Source of the DNA: Negaprion brevirostris
Lineage: Eukaryota
Length of the DNA: 64,000 nt
Assembly (NCBI GenBank): GCA_030324005.1
Contig: JARDVH010000130.1
Location: 44,354,274-44,418,273, forward strand
Direction: 5' to 3'
Below are positions 62,186 through 64,000 of this stretch, piece by piece. The position numbers were made by a program, and so were the translations under genes. Positions within the stretch are counted from its first letter, which is position 1, and each line of letters opens with the position of its first letter. The notes below the pieces were generated by a model. It ran no database searches and had not been told where the DNA came from. It saw only the letters and a program-made list of their open reading frames with translations.

Positions 62186-63575
62186 GAGTCATAGAGGTTT
62201 TCAGCATGGAAATAGGCCCTTTGGGCTAATTTGTCCATACCACAGTTTTTACCACGGAGCTAGTCCCAATTGCATGCATTTGACCCATATCCCTCTATAG
62301 CCATCTTACCCAAGTAACTGTCTAAATTGTACCCGCCTCTACTACTACCTCTGGCAGCTTGTTCCAGACATTCACCATCCTCTGTGTGAAAAAATTGCCC
62401 CTCTGGACCCTTCTGTATCTTTCCCCTCTCACCTTAAACCTATGCCACCTAGTTTTANNNNNNNNNNNNNNNNNNNNNNNNNNNNNNNNNNNNNNNNNNN
62501 NNNNNNNNNNNNNNNNNNNNNNNNNNNNNNNNNNNNNNNNNNNNNNNNNNNNNNNNNTCTGTGTGAAAAAATTGCCCCTCTGGACCCTTCTGTATCTTTC
62601 CCCTCTCACCTTAAACCTATGCCACCTAGTTTTAGACTCCTCTATCTTTGGGAAAAGATGTTGACTATCTACCTTATCTATGCCCCTCATTATGTTATAG
62701 ACCTCTATAAGATCACACCTAAGCCTTCTAGGTTCCAGGGGAAATAGGTCCAAGTCTATCCAGCCTCACCTCATAACTCAAACCATCAAGTCCTGGTAGC
62801 ATCCTAATATATCTTTTCTGCACTCTTTCTAGTTTAATAATGTCCTTTCTGTAATAGGGTGACCAGAACTGTACACAGTATTCCAAGTGTAGCCTTACCA
62901 ATGTCTTGTATAACTTCCACAAGATATATCAACTCCTGTATTTAATGTTCTGACCAATGAAACCAAGCATGCCAAATGTCTTCTTCACCAGCCTGTTCAC
63001 CCATGACTGCATTTTTAAGGAGTTATGAACCTGTACTCCTAGATCTCTTTGTTCTGTAACTCTCTCCAATGCCCTATCGTTAACTGAGTAGGTCCTGCCC
63101 TGATCCGATCTACCAAAATGCATTACCTCACATTTATCTAAATTAAACTCCATCTGCCATTCATGGGCCCATTGGTCCAATTGGTCAAGATCCCATTGCA
63201 ATCCTAGATAACCTTCTCCACTATGCTGTCAATCTTGGTGTCATTTGCAAGCTTACTAACAATGCCCAATAAATTCTCATCCGGAGCATTAATATAAATA
63301 ACAAGTAACAGTGGATCCAGCACCCATCCCTGAGGCACACCGCTGGTCACAGACCTGCAGTTCGAAAAATAACCCTCTACAGCCAACCTCTGTCTTGTGT
63401 CACCAAGCTAATTTTGTAACCAGTTGGCTACCTCACCCTGGATCCCGAGAGATTTAACCTTGCACAACAACTTATCATGCAGCATCTTAGCAAAGACCTT
63501 GCTAGAGTCCATGTCTACACTGCACTGCCCTTATCTGCCATCTCGGTTACCCCTTCAAAAAATTCTAGGCCTTGA
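62186..63575 (-). mobile_element. CR1/HER1-type LINE, ~1.4 kb 5'-truncated copy (RT C-terminal half + 3' UTR), pseudogenised
   Basis: Consecutive minus-strand ORFs SVTSGVPQGWVLDPLLLVIYIN...SKLANDTKI, QWDLDQLDQWAHEWQMEFNLDKCEVMHFG, LYKTLVRLHLEYCVQFWSP, DLIEVYNIMRG...NFFTQRMVNVWNKLP; tail agagtcatagaggttttcagcatggaaataggccc. Confidence 0.92.
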
Positions 63576-64000
63576 GAAATCAAGAAGTGTTACTTGTCAC
63601 AGGATTCCTAGCTTTTGACCTGCTCTGGTGTCCACAGTATTAATGTGGCTAGTCCAGTTCAGTTTCAGGTCAATGGTGACCCCCCCCAGGATGCTGATAG
63701 AAGGGGTTGCAGCAATGGTAATGCCATTGAATGTCAAGGGACAATATTTGAATCCTGTCTTGTTTGAGATGGTCACTGCCTAATATTAGTGAGGCACGAA
63801 TATTACCAGTTTCAACCCAAGACTGGATTTTGTTAGGACTTGCTGTATATGAACTGCTTCAGTAAGAGTTATCGTGAATGGTGCTAACATTGTGCTGTCA
63901 TCAGTGAACATCCCCATTTCTGACCTTATGATGGAAGGAAGGTCTTTGGTGGAGCAGATGAAGATGGTTGGGCCTAACTCACTACCCTGAGGAACTTCCA
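63576..64000 (-). mobile_element. Jockey/CR1/L2-group LINE RT fragment, runs off the window
   Basis: Minus strand begins GSSSG*.VRPNHLHL... near a degenerate cctcagggtag (PQG-like) motif, then ccttccatcataaggtcagaaatggggatgttcactgatgac (PSIIRSEMGMFTDD, FADD-like) and ILGG.TIDLKLNWTSHINT. Confidence 0.75.

Larger units (their letters stand above)
2552..64000 (-). other. TAF3 upstream intron (intron 2 equivalent), extends beyond the window
   Basis: No preceding TAF3 histone-fold exon is recognisable in the ORF track or sequence. The sequence is non-coding and repeat-laden. The equivalent human intron is known to be very long. Confidence 0.75.

Noticed and set aside
62381-62634. Tandem duplication within the CR1 ORF (KTRWHRFKVRGERYRRVQRGNFFTQ twice)
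   Set aside because: Identical copies directly flank a ~100 N gap, typical of an unmerged contig overlap.

Overview
Eukaryotic, AT-rich vertebrate DNA. The repeat content (HE1-type V-SINEs, SacSINE1/Deu-type SINEs, CR1/HER1, Rex1/Babar and Penelope relics) points to an elasmobranch (shark). The only host coding sequence I can support is the large third exon of TAF3 (TFIID subunit 3) on the minus strand, 2551..753 (1,799 nt), with a canonical AG acceptor and GTAAGT donor. Positions 2552-64000 appear to be the very long upstream intron (at least 61 kb; exon 2 not seen) and 1-752 the start of the next intron. The intron is a mosaic of decayed retroelements, MITE-like and Helentron-like elements, N-gaps that mostly hide collapsed young repeats, and long TE-poor AT-rich blocks that may be regulatory. 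No rRNA, true tRNA gene, CRISPR array or intact autonomous TE was found, and no new protein-coding system is supported. The most notable non-obvious structures are (i) a ~700 bp (TTAG)n-anchored minisatellite with a 150 bp higher-order repeat that reads as dense ACUAAC motifs on the TAF3 pre-mRNA strand, (ii) decayed hammerhead-ribozyme cores in Penelope-derived sequence, including an inverted pair, (iii) a 62 bp near-perfect palindrome, and (iv) a LINE/SINE pair sharing a tRNA-like head. TE family names come from motif recognition by eye, and TE boundaries are approximate.
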